A stretch of 64,000 nt of DNA from assembly GCA_037134155.1 (NCBI GenBank), contig JBAXMU010000002.1:23848-87847 (forward strand), in the 5' to 3' direction. Positions 1 to 9,682 of this stretch are shown here, piece by piece. Source of the DNA: Actinomycetes bacterium. GTDB lineage: Bacteria; Actinomycetota; Actinomycetes; Nanopelagicales; Nanopelagicaceae. The translations under genes were made by a program, and so were the position numbers. Each line of letters begins with the position of its first letter. Position 1 is the stretch's first letter. Below the pieces are notes generated by a model that was not told the origin of the DNA, searched no databases, and was given only the letters and a program-made list of their open reading frames with translations.

Positions 1-321
1 GTTGATGTAATACCCAAGCGCGCACTCGACCACGTGGTTGTGGTTTACGCCCCAGATATAGACAAGCCAGTTAATTGAGATAAGGAGCGAGGTCAGCGCC
101 AATTTAAGTGTGACGATTACATTTTTCATCAACGCAATCGTGGATTGAAGTTGATGCGATACAGCAAGAGCAATCAGGCAGACGAGAAGAGTCCATACAG
201 ATCTATTTGCGACAATCTCAATCGAGCCGGATGGCTTGAGGAGTGGCCAATAGAGAGGGAATAGCCCCCAAATAGAATATGCGCTGACGCCAAAGATGAG
301 ACCGAGTTTGTAACTCTTCAT
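1..321 (-). CDS. rarD: RarD/EamA-family (DMT) permease, N-terminal part; the gene runs off the window start
   Basis: Absent from the ORF track because no stop lies inside the window. Reverse-strand ATG at 319..321 reads MKSYKLGLIFGVSAYSIWGLFPLYWPLL..., a RarD-like WG..PLY N-terminus. The sequence is hydrophobic throughout. Confidence 0.55.
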   Translation of the reverse strand, partial: MKSYKLGLIFGVSAYSIWGLFPLYWPLLKPSGSIEIVANRSVWTLLVCLIALAVSHQLQSTIALMKNVIVTLKLALTSLLISINWLVYIWGVNHNHVVECALGYYIN

Positions 322-339
322 TGAGTGAGGAGTAACCAG

Positions 340-831
340 TTAGCGGTAATTAGTGAATTGAACTGCAAACTCCCATGGATGATCTTTCACCATGGCAATT
401 GCAATTTGCAGGTCATCGCGGCTCTTACTTGTGACGCGAAGTTCATCTCCTTGAATCTGAGTCTTAAGTGACTTAGGGCCTTCATCGCGAAGTAGCTTGG
501 CAATCTTCTTCGCATTCTCGGTCGAGATGCCCTCCTTGAGAGTGCAGGCGATCTTGTAGACCTTGCCACTGAGTTGTGGGGTACCGGCATCGAGATGCTT
601 CAGCGAGACACCACGCTTTACTAATTTATCCTTCAAGACTTCGAGAGCGGCCTTTGCCTTCTCTTCGGTATCAGCTTCAATATTGATCTTCCCGGTGCTC
701 TTCTCGAGCTTGGTACCGGTATTTTTGAAGTCGAAGCGGGTATCGATCTCGCGCTCTGCTTGATTGAAGGCGTTATCGACCTCCATCTCATCGATCTTGG
801 AGACGATATCGAAACTGGAATCTGAGGCCAT
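340..831 (-). CDS. yajQ: YajQ family (UPF0234) nucleotide/cyclic-di-GMP-binding protein
   Basis: 163 aa. [26 protein letters not shown]-terminus and ...FTNYR C-terminus are typical of YajQ. Confidence 0.85.
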   Translation of the reverse strand: MASDSSFDIVSKIDEMEVDNAFNQAEREIDTRFDFKNTGTKLEKSTGKINIEADTEEKAKAALEVLKDKLVKRGVSLKHLDAGTPQLSGKVYKIACTLKEGISTENAKKIAKLLRDEGPKSLKTQIQGDELRVTSKSRDDLQIAIAMVKDHPWEFAVQFTNYR

Positions 832-858
832 TTGCCTACTTTATCTTGGTCAGCAGGC

Positions 859-1806
859 TCAGAGTTGCTGGAGCAACTCTTGGACTCGCTCTGGTGATGG
901 ATAGGAGGCCTGAGTACCCAATCGGGTGACGCTATCGGTGGCGCAGAGACAACCGAGCTTGATCGCTGCCTCATCTGTCAGGCCGAGGGCTAATCCGACT
1001 GCAAAGGATCCGACGAGTGCATCTCCGGCCCCAGTGGTGTCGATAGCCGTGACTTTAGGGGCAGATACTCGAATCACGGTGCCATCGGTTGTCGTGAAGG
1101 CAGCTCCGGCCTCGCCCAAGGTGACAGCGAAGCGAGTATTAAGTCGAGATGCGAGCTCTGCGATGATGGCATCAGAGGTAGGAGCTAAACCTTCCGGATG
1201 CATCGCTGCGAACTCACTCTCGTTTGGCATTACCCAATCGCTGACCGCCAAGAGCTCTGGCGTAATAGGCGAATAAGGCGCTGGGTTGAGGATGGTTGGG
1301 ATCCCTTTGGCCTGGGCAGCTTTGAAGGCCGCAGCGGTGACGTTCTGTGGAATCTCAAGCTGACCCACAACGACTGAGATCTCGCCCAAACCCTCAATGG
1401 CAGATTGAGACTGCTCCTCGGTCATCAGATTATTTGCACCCGGGACGATCAAGATTCGGTTGGTGCCATCAGGCTCGACCCAGATCGGGGCGACGCCACT
1501 TGGGCCAGGGGCGCGCCGAATAAATTCAGTATTGATTCCTTGAGATTCAAAATTCTTGAGAGTACTGTCTCCAAAGAGATCATCGCCCAGCGTATTGACC
1601 ATGGCAACTTTGATGCCAAATCTGCGGGCCATGGTTGCCTGGTTCGCGCCTTTTCCGCCGAAGCCAATAACAAAACTATCTGCCAGAAGTGTCTGTCCTC
1701 GTTCTGGAATTCTCTGGGCATAGGTGACCATGTCAGTCATGGTGCTTCCCACAACAACGATTTGTGGTTGATGTACAGCGCTCATCTGGCCCCACTTCAT
1801 GGTCAA
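859..1806 (-). CDS. rbsK: ribokinase (PfkB family)
   Basis: GFGGKGANQA and DTTGAGDA motifs with ribokinase-like length. Divergent from the nucleoside ABC operon. The exact start among M1/M3/M8 is uncertain. Confidence 0.85.
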   Translation of the reverse strand: MTMKWGQMSAVHQPQIVVVGSTMTDMVTYAQRIPERGQTLLADSFVIGFGGKGANQATMARRFGIKVAMVNTLGDDLFGDSTLKNFESQGINTEFIRRAPGPSGVAPIWVEPDGTNRILIVPGANNLMTEEQSQSAIEGLGEISVVVGQLEIPQNVTAAAFKAAQAKGIPTILNPAPYSPITPELLAVSDWVMPNESEFAAMHPEGLAPTSDAIIAELASRLNTRFAVTLGEAGAAFTTTDGTVIRVSAPKVTAIDTTGAGDALVGSFAVGLALGLTDEAAIKLGCLCATDSVTRLGTQASYPSPERVQELLQQL

Positions 1807-1999
1807 TTTTGGAAAATTCTCTTAATAATATTGTTACTTATTACTTAGGGGAATGACTAGACACAAATCTACTCTTGACTTAGGCTCGGTGCAATCGATC
1901 TGCCCAAGCCCACCCTGGTCAAAGTAGACGGTATTCACGAACTTTCCATTGATCATGGAGACATTGAGTGATCCCTCTTAACATAAGGAGAATGATCTA

Positions 2000-3061
2000 A
2001 TGCAGAAGAAAACTCTAGGAAGAGCATTGGCTGGCGCAGTTGCTGCAGGCTTAGCTCTTTCTGTTGTATCACTTACTGGACCAGCTGCTTCAGCTGCATC
2101 AAAGATGGTAGGTATTGCCTTCGATCTTGGTGGAAAAGAGCAACCAGGTTTTAACCAGCTCGCTTACATTGGTTTCAAGACCTTCGCGAAGACCCACCCA
2201 GGTTGGACTGAAAAGGATCTCCAGGGTAATGGCGGAGATACAGATGCTTCACGTGCACAGCGCCTCAAGCTCCTCGTAAAGGCCGGTTGCAACCCAATCG
2301 TTGTTGTTGGTTACTCATACACACCTGCACTTAAGATTGTTGCAGCAGCTAACCCAACAGTTAAGTTCTCACTTGTTGATGACAGCTTCGATGCACCAAA
2401 CGTTGAGGGCCTCCTCTTCCACGCCGAAGAAGGTTCATACCTCGTCGGAATGGCAGCAGCTCTCACAACAAAGACAAATAGCGTCGGCTTCATTGGTGGC
2501 GTAAACATTCCTTTGATCCAGGCTTTCGAAGCTGGATTCAAGGCTGGCGTCTACAAGGTCAATCCAAAGATCAAGTACCAGTCAACATATGCATCTAACC
2601 CACCTGATTTCAGCGGATTCAATGCTCCTGATAAGGGACATGAAGCAGCTCTTGGTATGTTCCAGAACGGTGCAGACGTTGTTTACTCAGCAGCTGGTTC
2701 AACCGGTCAGGGCGCACACAAGGCAGCCTTTGAACTCGGTAAGGGTCATTGGTCAATCGGTGTAGATGCTGACGAAGCTCTATTCCCATCAAATGCTAAG
2801 TACAAGTCAGTTATCTTGACTTCAGCACTGAAGAACGTTGACGCAGGCGTCGCTTCATTCTTGAACGATGTCGTTGGCAACACCTTCACACCAGGTGCTC
2901 ATTACTTTGATGCATCTAATGGCGGAGTTGGTTTCACAACTACTGGAAACTACCTCTCAAAGGCGACTATCGCTAAGTTGAACACAATCAAGTACTCACT
3001 TGCTTCAGGTGCGATTGTTGTTCCAACAGATCCAAAGAAGGTAACCCTTCCACAGGGTTAA
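2000..3061 (+). CDS. BMP-family (PnrA-like) ABC transporter substrate-binding protein, nucleoside-type
   Basis: Signal peptide (MQKKTLGRALAGAVAAGLALS). BMP/Med-like body (GFIGG, AGF..GV, YSAAG.TGQG, IGVD.D). AAGGAG Shine-Dalgarno 8 nt upstream. Confidence 0.85.
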   Translation: MQKKTLGRALAGAVAAGLALSVVSLTGPAASAASKMVGIAFDLGGKEQPGFNQLAYIGFKTFAKTHPGWTEKDLQGNGGDTDASRAQRLKLLVKAGCNPIVVVGYSYTPALKIVAAANPTVKFSLVDDSFDAPNVEGLLFHAEEGSYLVGMAAALTTKTNSVGFIGGVNIPLIQAFEAGFKAGVYKVNPKIKYQSTYASNPPDFSGFNAPDKGHEAALGMFQNGADVVYSAAGSTGQGAHKAAFELGKGHWSIGVDADEALFPSNAKYKSVILTSALKNVDAGVASFLNDVVGNTFTPGAHYFDASNGGVGFTTTGNYLSKATIAKLNTIKYSLASGAIVVPTDPKKVTLPQG

Positions 3062-3102
3062 TTCGTTCGATCTAGCAATAGTAAAGAAATAAGAAGTAAA
3101 GA

Positions 3103-3136
3103 GTGGTGGTCTTCAGGGAAACCTGAAGGCCACCAC
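3103..3136 (+). other. intercistronic stem-loop between the binding-protein gene and the ATPase gene
   Basis: 15-bp stem (14 Watson-Crick pairs plus 1 G-U) closed by a GAAA tetraloop: GTGGTGGTCTTCAGG-GAAA-CCTGAAGGCCACCAC. No U-tract follows. Confidence 0.6.
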
Positions 3137-3197
3137 ACTTCATTAGCAGATGTGATACCTCGAGTTTTCATACTTTCAAAGATGAAAGGGCCTTACC

Positions 3198-4712
3198 GTG
3201 TCTCTCGCAATTGAATTAATGGGTATTGAGAAGAATTACCCTGGCGTCGTCGCAAATCACGATGTTGATATCACCATCGAAAAGGGCAATATTCACGCCA
3301 TCATCGGTGAAAATGGCGCTGGTAAGTCAACGCTGATGAAGATCCTTTATGGCATGGTGAAGCCGGATTCAGGCACAATCTCTATCTTTGAAAGCCCCGT
3401 CACTATTAAGTCGCCTCAAGATGCCATTGGACTTGGTATCGGCATGGTGCACCAACACTTTATGTTGGCAGATAACGCCACCGTCCTTGAAAATATCGTT
3501 CTAGGCAGTGAGCCAATGAAGGCAAAGGTCGTTGTGGACTATGCCAAAGCCCGTGAAAACCTTGAAAATATTATTAAGACCTACGGACTCGATATTAACC
3601 CGGATGATCTCGTTGCAGATCTTGGTGTTGGTTTTCGCCAGCGCGTAGAGATCGCAAAGGTCCTCTTCCGCGGTGCGAAGATCTTGATCCTCGATGAACC
3701 AACTGCGGTGCTTGTGCCACAAGAGGTTGATGAGCTCTTTAAGAACTTAAAGGTCCTCACTGCAAATGGTCTGACGATTATCTTTATCTCACACAAGCTC
3801 GATGAAGTAATGGCGATTGCGGACAGCATCTCTGTAATGCGCCGAGGAACAACTGTTGCTGAACTCGTCCCAAGCAAGACGAACAAGAAGGAGCTAGCCG
3901 AGTACATGATCGGCGGCGAACTTCCTGCGCCACGTCCAGCAACCACAAAGCCACGTGAAGAGAAGGTCCTGGTCGTAAAGGATGCGAGCCTCAATGACCG
4001 TACTGGCCGCGAATTCCTTCACAGTATCAATCTTGAGATCCACGCTGGTGAAATTCTTGGCCTTGCAGGCGTTGAAGGAAATGGTCAAGACGAACTCATT
4101 GAAATGATCATGGGACTTGAGAAGCCAAGCTCTGGCAGCGTTCACACTGTTGGGCTTGATACCAACGTGAGTTCATTGCGTGAGATCCGCGACCACGGCG
4201 TTGGGTATATCCCGCAAGATCGTCAGCGCGATGGCCTCTTGATGGCTGCACCACTTTGGGAGAACCGCATCCTCGGGCACCAAGAGACGAAGCCAATGTC
4301 CAATGGCCTCTGGATCGATAAGGGCGCTGCGAAGAAAGATTCTGAGCGCATCATTGAAGAGTTCGATGTTCGTACGCCAAGTAACAATGTGATGGCGAGC
4401 GCGCTCTCCGGTGGAAACCAACAGAAATTTATTGTGGGTCGTGAGATGTCAGGTGATCCAAAGATGTTAATCGCTGCTCAACCAACACGTGGCGTTGATG
4501 TTGGCGCACAAGCGATCATCTGGGACCACATTATTGAAGCAAGACTTAATGGCACTGGTGTTCTGCTCGTCTCGGCTGACCTAGATGAACTCTTCAAGCT
4601 TTCAGATCGGATTGCAGTGATCTTCCGCGGAACGATCGTCGATTATCTGGATCCGAGAACAACCACTCCAGAACAACTGGGATTGGCAATGACAGGAGAG
4701 AAGATCGCATGA
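3198..4712 (+). CDS. ABC transporter ATP-binding protein with duplicated ABC domains (nucleoside/sugar type)
   Basis: GTG start. Walker A GENGAGKST, Walker B LILDEPT, second signature LSGGNQQK. 504 aa. Confidence 0.9.
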   Translation: MSLAIELMGIEKNYPGVVANHDVDITIEKGNIHAIIGENGAGKSTLMKILYGMVKPDSGTISIFESPVTIKSPQDAIGLGIGMVHQHFMLADNATVLENIVLGSEPMKAKVVVDYAKARENLENIIKTYGLDINPDDLVADLGVGFRQRVEIAKVLFRGAKILILDEPTAVLVPQEVDELFKNLKVLTANGLTIIFISHKLDEVMAIADSISVMRRGTTVAELVPSKTNKKELAEYMIGGELPAPRPATTKPREEKVLVVKDASLNDRTGREFLHSINLEIHAGEILGLAGVEGNGQDELIEMIMGLEKPSSGSVHTVGLDTNVSSLREIRDHGVGYIPQDRQRDGLLMAAPLWENRILGHQETKPMSNGLWIDKGAAKKDSERIIEEFDVRTPSNNVMASALSGGNQQKFIVGREMSGDPKMLIAAQPTRGVDVGAQAIIWDHIIEARLNGTGVLLVSADLDELFKLSDRIAVIFRGTIVDYLDPRTTTPEQLGLAMTGEKIA

Positions 4713-5809
4713 AAAAGTTGAACAAACTCTTCTGGGCACTTGCGGCACCAGTCGCTGCGATTCTCTTTACCTTGATCTTCGTCTCCATCATCTTGCTCTT
4801 TAAAGGCGCAAATCCACTCTCAACCTTCCAGTTAATCGCAACCTATGGAAGTCAATCTGACAACATCGTCGCCGAACTCAACCAGACAGTTGCCTACTAC
4901 CTAGCTGGTGTAGCGGCAGCAATTGGTTTCAAAATGTTGCTCTTCAACATCGGTATTGATGGCCAGTATCGCCTTGCGATCTTCATGGCAGCAGTCGTAG
5001 GTGGCGCAACCCACCTTCCTTCCTATCTTGAAGTCCCACTTATTATTCTTACTGGCATGGTGGTTGGTGCACTTTGGGCATCGATCTCTGGTTATCTCAA
5101 GGTGAAGCGCAATATCTCTGAAGTTATCTCCAACATCATGCTCAACACCATTGCATCAGGTCTCATCATCTACTTGCTTCAACCAAGTCGCCTTGGTCTC
5201 AAGGGCAAGAGCTCGGATAACCTTTCAACACCTTTGATCCCAAGTTCGGGCTCATTGCCAACCTTCCATATCTTTGGCGGCGAGCTCTATAGCTTTGGCC
5301 TTGTTGCCATTGCGGTTGGAATTCTTTACTGGATCGTTCTTAATAAGAGCGTCTTTGGCTTTAATCTTCGTGCGACCGGAATGTCCTTTAGAGCAGCTCG
5401 TGCAAGTGGTGTGAACGCACCTCGGATGGTCTTCATCACGATGGCGCTCTCTGGCGGTATTGCTGGCCTCACCGGTATGGGTGAGCTCTTGTGTAATACC
5501 CACACTTACAGCCTCGCCTTTCCAACTGGCTACGCTCTTACTGGATTAGCACTTGCGCTATTAGGGCGAAGCAACCCAATCGGTATTGCGATCGCCGCCT
5601 TCTTCTGGTCATTCCTTGAACAAGCAGCACCAGCGCTTGATCTTGAAGGTGTGCCAAAAGAGATTGTGATGATGATGCAAGGAACGATCATTCTTGCGAC
5701 CGTGACTGCCTATGAAGTTGTAAAGCGAATTACTCGTCGTCAACAGCAACGTCTGGTTGGAGCTGCTGATGCACCACGAGTCGAAGTCGGCCAGAAGGGG
5801 GATAAGTAA
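4709..5809 (+). CDS. ABC transporter permease
   Basis: Multi-TM protein. ATGA overlap with the ATPase gene. Confidence 0.85.
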   Translation: MKKLNKLFWALAAPVAAILFTLIFVSIILLFKGANPLSTFQLIATYGSQSDNIVAELNQTVAYYLAGVAAAIGFKMLLFNIGIDGQYRLAIFMAAVVGGATHLPSYLEVPLIILTGMVVGALWASISGYLKVKRNISEVISNIMLNTIASGLIIYLLQPSRLGLKGKSSDNLSTPLIPSSGSLPTFHIFGGELYSFGLVAIAVGILYWIVLNKSVFGFNLRATGMSFRAARASGVNAPRMVFITMALSGGIAGLTGMGELLCNTHTYSLAFPTGYALTGLALALLGRSNPIGIAIAAFFWSFLEQAAPALDLEGVPKEIVMMMQGTIILATVTAYEVVKRITRRQQQRLVGAADAPRVEVGQKGDK

Positions 5810-7044
5810 TGAGTACCCTAAAAGGTAATCGCCTCTGGAAGATCATCACTTCGCCATCGCGGATGATGCTCACCGTTGCAGCCATCATTATTTTAATTTC
5901 GTTGATTCGTCAGTTCACTGGCGTTGATGACATCACATCTCCAGGTGCAACAGGTGCGACGATTCGTTTCACAATCCCAATCTTGATGGCTGGGCTTGGC
6001 GGACTTTGGGCTGAACGTTCAGGTGTTATCAATATCGGCCTTGAGGGCATGATGATCCTTGGCACCTGGTTTGGTGCGTGGTTCGGATTCCTCTATGGAC
6101 CGTGGGTGGGCATCTTTGCCGGAGCTGTTGGCGGCGCAATCGCAGGCTTGCTCCATGCATTCCTCACTGTTCGCGTAGGAATTGACCAAGCGGTCTCTGG
6201 TCTTGCAATCAACTTGCTCGGCGCCGGCACTGCCCGATTCCTCTCTGGCGTCTTCTTCATCGGCAAAGGCGGAGATGTAAATATCTCGCCTCAAGTATCT
6301 TCGACTGGATCATTTACAGTTCCAGGTTTAAGTCCGCTCCTGACAACATTGGCTCATAAACATATTCTCGTGATCTCAGATATCGCAGGTGTATCTGCTG
6401 GTCTAGTCACAAAGATCAATTGGGCCTCGCTTGTAATGTTCTTAGCGCTTCCAATTACCGCCTGGATTCTCTGGAAGACTCGTTTTGGACTTCGTATGCG
6501 CTTCTGTGGTGAGAACCCAGTTGCAGCTGAGTCACTTGGTGTGAACGTTTATCGCACTCGCTTTATCGCGATGGCAGTATCGGGCGCCTTGGCTGGTTTG
6601 GGTGGTGCATATATCTCCATCGTCTCGACTGGTAACTACTTAGAAGGCCAGACTGCTGGTCGCGGTTATATCGGTCTTGCCGCGGTGATCTTCGGTAACT
6701 GGACTCCTGTCGGTGTTCTCGGTGGATCCGTTCTCTTCGGTCTCACCGATGCACTTCGCGTACGTCAATCAACTTCGGTGCACGCGCTACTGCTCGTAGT
6801 GATTGTCTTGGCAGGTGTCTATGGCCTCACCAAACTTCGTAAGAAGGATTGGAAGGGATTCATCACCGGAATTTTGATCGCCGTATTGGTCCTTGCCTAT
6901 TACATGATCAATAAGACCGTTCCAGATGAGTTCGTGACCTTCTTCCCTAACTTAACGACGATTCTGGTACTTGCGTTTCTATCACAACGATTGCGGCCAC
7001 CAGCTATGGCTGGCGCTCCGTACCGAAAGGGAGAGGAAGGATAA
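5809..7044 (+). CDS. ABC transporter permease
   Basis: Multi-TM protein. TAATG overlap with the preceding permease gene. Confidence 0.85.
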   Translation: MSTLKGNRLWKIITSPSRMMLTVAAIIILISLIRQFTGVDDITSPGATGATIRFTIPILMAGLGGLWAERSGVINIGLEGMMILGTWFGAWFGFLYGPWVGIFAGAVGGAIAGLLHAFLTVRVGIDQAVSGLAINLLGAGTARFLSGVFFIGKGGDVNISPQVSSTGSFTVPGLSPLLTTLAHKHILVISDIAGVSAGLVTKINWASLVMFLALPITAWILWKTRFGLRMRFCGENPVAAESLGVNVYRTRFIAMAVSGALAGLGGAYISIVSTGNYLEGQTAGRGYIGLAAVIFGNWTPVGVLGGSVLFGLTDALRVRQSTSVHALLLVVIVLAGVYGLTKLRKKDWKGFITGILIAVLVLAYYMINKTVPDEFVTFFPNLTTILVLAFLSQRLRPPAMAGAPYRKGEEG

Positions 7045-7047
7045 CCA

Positions 7048-8043
7048 ATGCCACCTTTAGATTTTTGGGAATCTAAAGTTCTCAAGAGTCTTGACCCCGT
7101 CGTTAAAAATTCGACGCTCATAAAGGTCAACGAAGCGAAGATCGCAGAGGTCGCTTCATGGATGGCATATGAAGAGTTTGGTAAGCCTGACGGCTCATCG
7201 CTCTTCAACTTTGGTGATGATCCAGATTTCCTGATGGATCTCACTCTCACGGTGAATACGATGAACTTCGCATTCACAAATTTCGATACTGGTATTAAGT
7301 ACGAGACTGATTACAACGGTCGTCGTTACAGCGACTCAGAAGCGATGATGGCAAACCTGCATCGCGCAGTTGCTGAGGGCATTCCGTTCTTCGATGGTGC
7401 TTATCAAGCGAAGATGGTCCGCGCCGATCTCGAGCAGGTCTTCCAAGGCACGATTGAGATGCCGATGCTCGATGAGCGAGTAAAGATCTTCAACGAGGTT
7501 GGAGAAGTACTGGTCTCGAAGTATGAGGGTAAGTGGCATAACTTCGTGAGATCGTGCGCCCCTCGCCTCTATGCAGATGGCAATGGCATCCTCGAACGCT
7601 TGACCACAGAGTTCCCTCGCTTCGCCGATGTCTCTGAATATCACGGTTCAACAATCCAGCTCTATAAGCTGCCACAGCTCGGCATTTGGGGGCTCCACCT
7701 CGCACTCATGCCACGTAAGGCTTGGGCGTTAGAAGATGCACATTTGTTGACGGCCTTCGCGGATTACATAGTCCCAGTGGGACTTCGCGTCATGGGAATC
7801 TTTGAGTATGCGCCAGAACTTGAGGCGCAGATTAATTCACTCACCGAGGTACCTCGCGATAGCGCCGCTGAAGTCGAAATTCGTGCAAACTCTATTTACG
7901 CGATCGCACGGCTTACCGAAGAGGTTAATGCCAGACGCGTTGGTCTAGAGCCATTGCTCATGCCTCAAGTTGATTTCAGATTATGGAAGGCCTATCACGC
8001 AACACATTGGCCGCACCATTTAACGAGAACGGTTATGTACTAA
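7048..8043 (+). CDS. queuosine-salvage family protein (DUF2419 / Qng1-like)
   Basis: 331 aa soluble protein. The overall pattern and the C-terminal W..H.TRT..Y ending match my memory of DUF2419. The start lies 3 nt after the permease stop. Confidence 0.55.
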   Translation: MPPLDFWESKVLKSLDPVVKNSTLIKVNEAKIAEVASWMAYEEFGKPDGSSLFNFGDDPDFLMDLTLTVNTMNFAFTNFDTGIKYETDYNGRRYSDSEAMMANLHRAVAEGIPFFDGAYQAKMVRADLEQVFQGTIEMPMLDERVKIFNEVGEVLVSKYEGKWHNFVRSCAPRLYADGNGILERLTTEFPRFADVSEYHGSTIQLYKLPQLGIWGLHLALMPRKAWALEDAHLLTAFADYIVPVGLRVMGIFEYAPELEAQINSLTEVPRDSAAEVEIRANSIYAIARLTEEVNARRVGLEPLLMPQVDFRLWKAYHATHWPHHLTRTVMY

Positions 8044-8492
8044 TGAAGATCTACTTTGCAGGTCCACTCTTCACGCCTTACGAACGCTCCTTTATCGATG
8101 AATGCGCAGCCAAGTTGCGCGGCGCCGGTATGGAGGTCTTTGTACCTCATGAGATTCCACTGCCTGATCCAGTGACACCAGCCTTCATCTTCGATGTTGA
8201 TTCTGCCGCCGTGCTTGGTGCAGATGCGGTTCTTGCACTGCTCGATGGCCCAATGGTTGATGATGGAACTGCCGTGGAGATCGGTATCTTCTGGAGCGCC
8301 ATGAGCACAGATCCTTCAAAGAAGGGAATCGTCGGGCTGGTCACTGATACTCGCGTCATTCGTGATCGCAAGATGATCGATGGAAAAGGAATCAACCTCT
8401 TCGTTCGAGGATGTATTGAAGATCGCGGAGCCTTGGTAGATAACTTCGAAAAAGCCTTTGAGATCTTAAAGGCCTGGTATGAAGAGAAGTAG
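8043..8492 (+). CDS. nucleoside 2-deoxyribosyltransferase-family protein
   Basis: MKIYFAGPLF N-terminus and DDGTAVEIG catalytic-Glu motif. The ATG overlaps the upstream TAA (TAATG). The ORF-track start at 7983 is an in-frame extension. Confidence 0.7.
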   Translation: MKIYFAGPLFTPYERSFIDECAAKLRGAGMEVFVPHEIPLPDPVTPAFIFDVDSAAVLGADAVLALLDGPMVDDGTAVEIGIFWSAMSTDPSKKGIVGLVTDTRVIRDRKMIDGKGINLFVRGCIEDRGALVDNFEKAFEILKAWYEEK

Positions 8493-8504
8493 ATCACTGC
8501 GTGA

Positions 8505-9680
8505 ATGCTGACCGCATATAAGAACGTTGTAAAGAAAGACCATTCGTTTTCAACCTTCGGCTTTGGCATTTTAGGTCGCCTGCCATTGGCGATGAATACC
8601 GTGGGTCTTGTCTTCCTCATCTCATCTGTTCGCAACTCATTTGCTCTCGCTGGCTTAGCTTCTGCTTGCTACACGCTCGCTGGCGCATTTGTTGGCCCGC
8701 GGATTGGAAAGTTAGCGGATGTGAAGGGAACTCGAAAGGTCCTGATTCCGATCACGGTGCTCAATGCTTTTGCGATTACTGCAATTCTGACCATCGGGGT
8801 GCATCACACTCCAGCACTCTTGGTGAGTGCAGCACTCGCTGGCGCCACCTTCCCGAACTTTGGAAGTTATACCCGCACTCGATGGAGTCGCTCTCTTACA
8901 GATGATCGTGAACTTGGTGCGGCACTCTCCTTGGAGTCGGTACTTGATGAGACGGCATTTGTGGTTGGACCAGCACTTGCGGGATTCCTCTTCGCTTGGC
9001 ACGGATCTCGATCGCCATTGATTGGCGCGATGATCTTCCTCTTAATTGCGGGCTTTGGGCTATCGCTCACGAGTACAGATCATGAGGGCCATGTACAGCC
9101 AGAGGGTAAGCACGGCGGATTATTGAAGATTCCATATGTAAAGCCACTCCTTGCAACTATGGTCTGTATCGGAATCACCTTTGGCGCGCAATACGTTGTG
9201 ATCTTGGCCGTTGCCCGTGAGGGTGGACGTGCTGCAGAGGGTGGCCTCTGGGTTGGACTCAATCCAATCGGTAGCACTGTCGCAGGATTTGCATTCGGAT
9301 TTATTCATTGGAAGATCTCTTCTGCGAAACGCCTCACCGCATCTCTACTCGTGATGTCATTGGGTACATCTGGTCTGGTGATCTTCCATAGTTATCACAC
9401 GATTATTCTCTGGTTGATTATCGCTGGCGTTGCAATTGCTCCGGCATTGATCTCCGCAAATCACCGATTGAAAGAGCTAGTGCCGATTCATCGCCTTAAT
9501 GAGGCCTTCTCACTTCTCGGCGCTTCGATCTCTATGGGAATTACAATTGGTGCTTCTCTGAGTGGAGTACTTGTCTCTCACTTTGGTGGGTGGCATGGAT
9601 TCGACTTTATGCTGGGTGCAACCGTCCTGGCATTCGTGGTCTCAATCATCGGTATCCGTGGCGAGAAGGTAGAGAATTAA
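8505..9680 (+). CDS. MFS transporter
   Basis: 391 aa with about 12 predicted TM helices and an MFS-like loop GPRIGKLADVKGTRK between TM2 and TM3. Confidence 0.8.
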   Translation: MLTAYKNVVKKDHSFSTFGFGILGRLPLAMNTVGLVFLISSVRNSFALAGLASACYTLAGAFVGPRIGKLADVKGTRKVLIPITVLNAFAITAILTIGVHHTPALLVSAALAGATFPNFGSYTRTRWSRSLTDDRELGAALSLESVLDETAFVVGPALAGFLFAWHGSRSPLIGAMIFLLIAGFGLSLTSTDHEGHVQPEGKHGGLLKIPYVKPLLATMVCIGITFGAQYVVILAVAREGGRAAEGGLWVGLNPIGSTVAGFAFGFIHWKISSAKRLTASLLVMSLGTSGLVIFHSYHTIILWLIIAGVAIAPALISANHRLKELVPIHRLNEAFSLLGASISMGITIGASLSGVLVSHFGGWHGFDFMLGATVLAFVVSIIGIRGEKVEN

Positions 9681-9682
9681 CT

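Noticed and set aside
1930-1999. CCCTCTTAACATAAGGAG upstream of the BMP gene superficially resembles the 3' tail of a preQ1-I riboswitch. That would fit the queuosine idea.
   Set aside because: No complementary AGAGGG-type 5' arm or loop is present upstream. The AAGGAG is simply the Shine-Dalgarno 8 nt before the ATG.
7983-8042. In-frame N-terminal extensions suggested by the ORF track: 7983 for the NDT gene, 9590 for hydrolase 1, 52044 for cdd, 52897 for psuK, 57503 for rpmG, 62794 for rplK, 41433 for the EamA gene.
   Set aside because: Each extension overlaps the preceding gene and encodes non-homologous sequence. Downstream ATG or GTG codons give canonical N-termini and typical overlap junctions.
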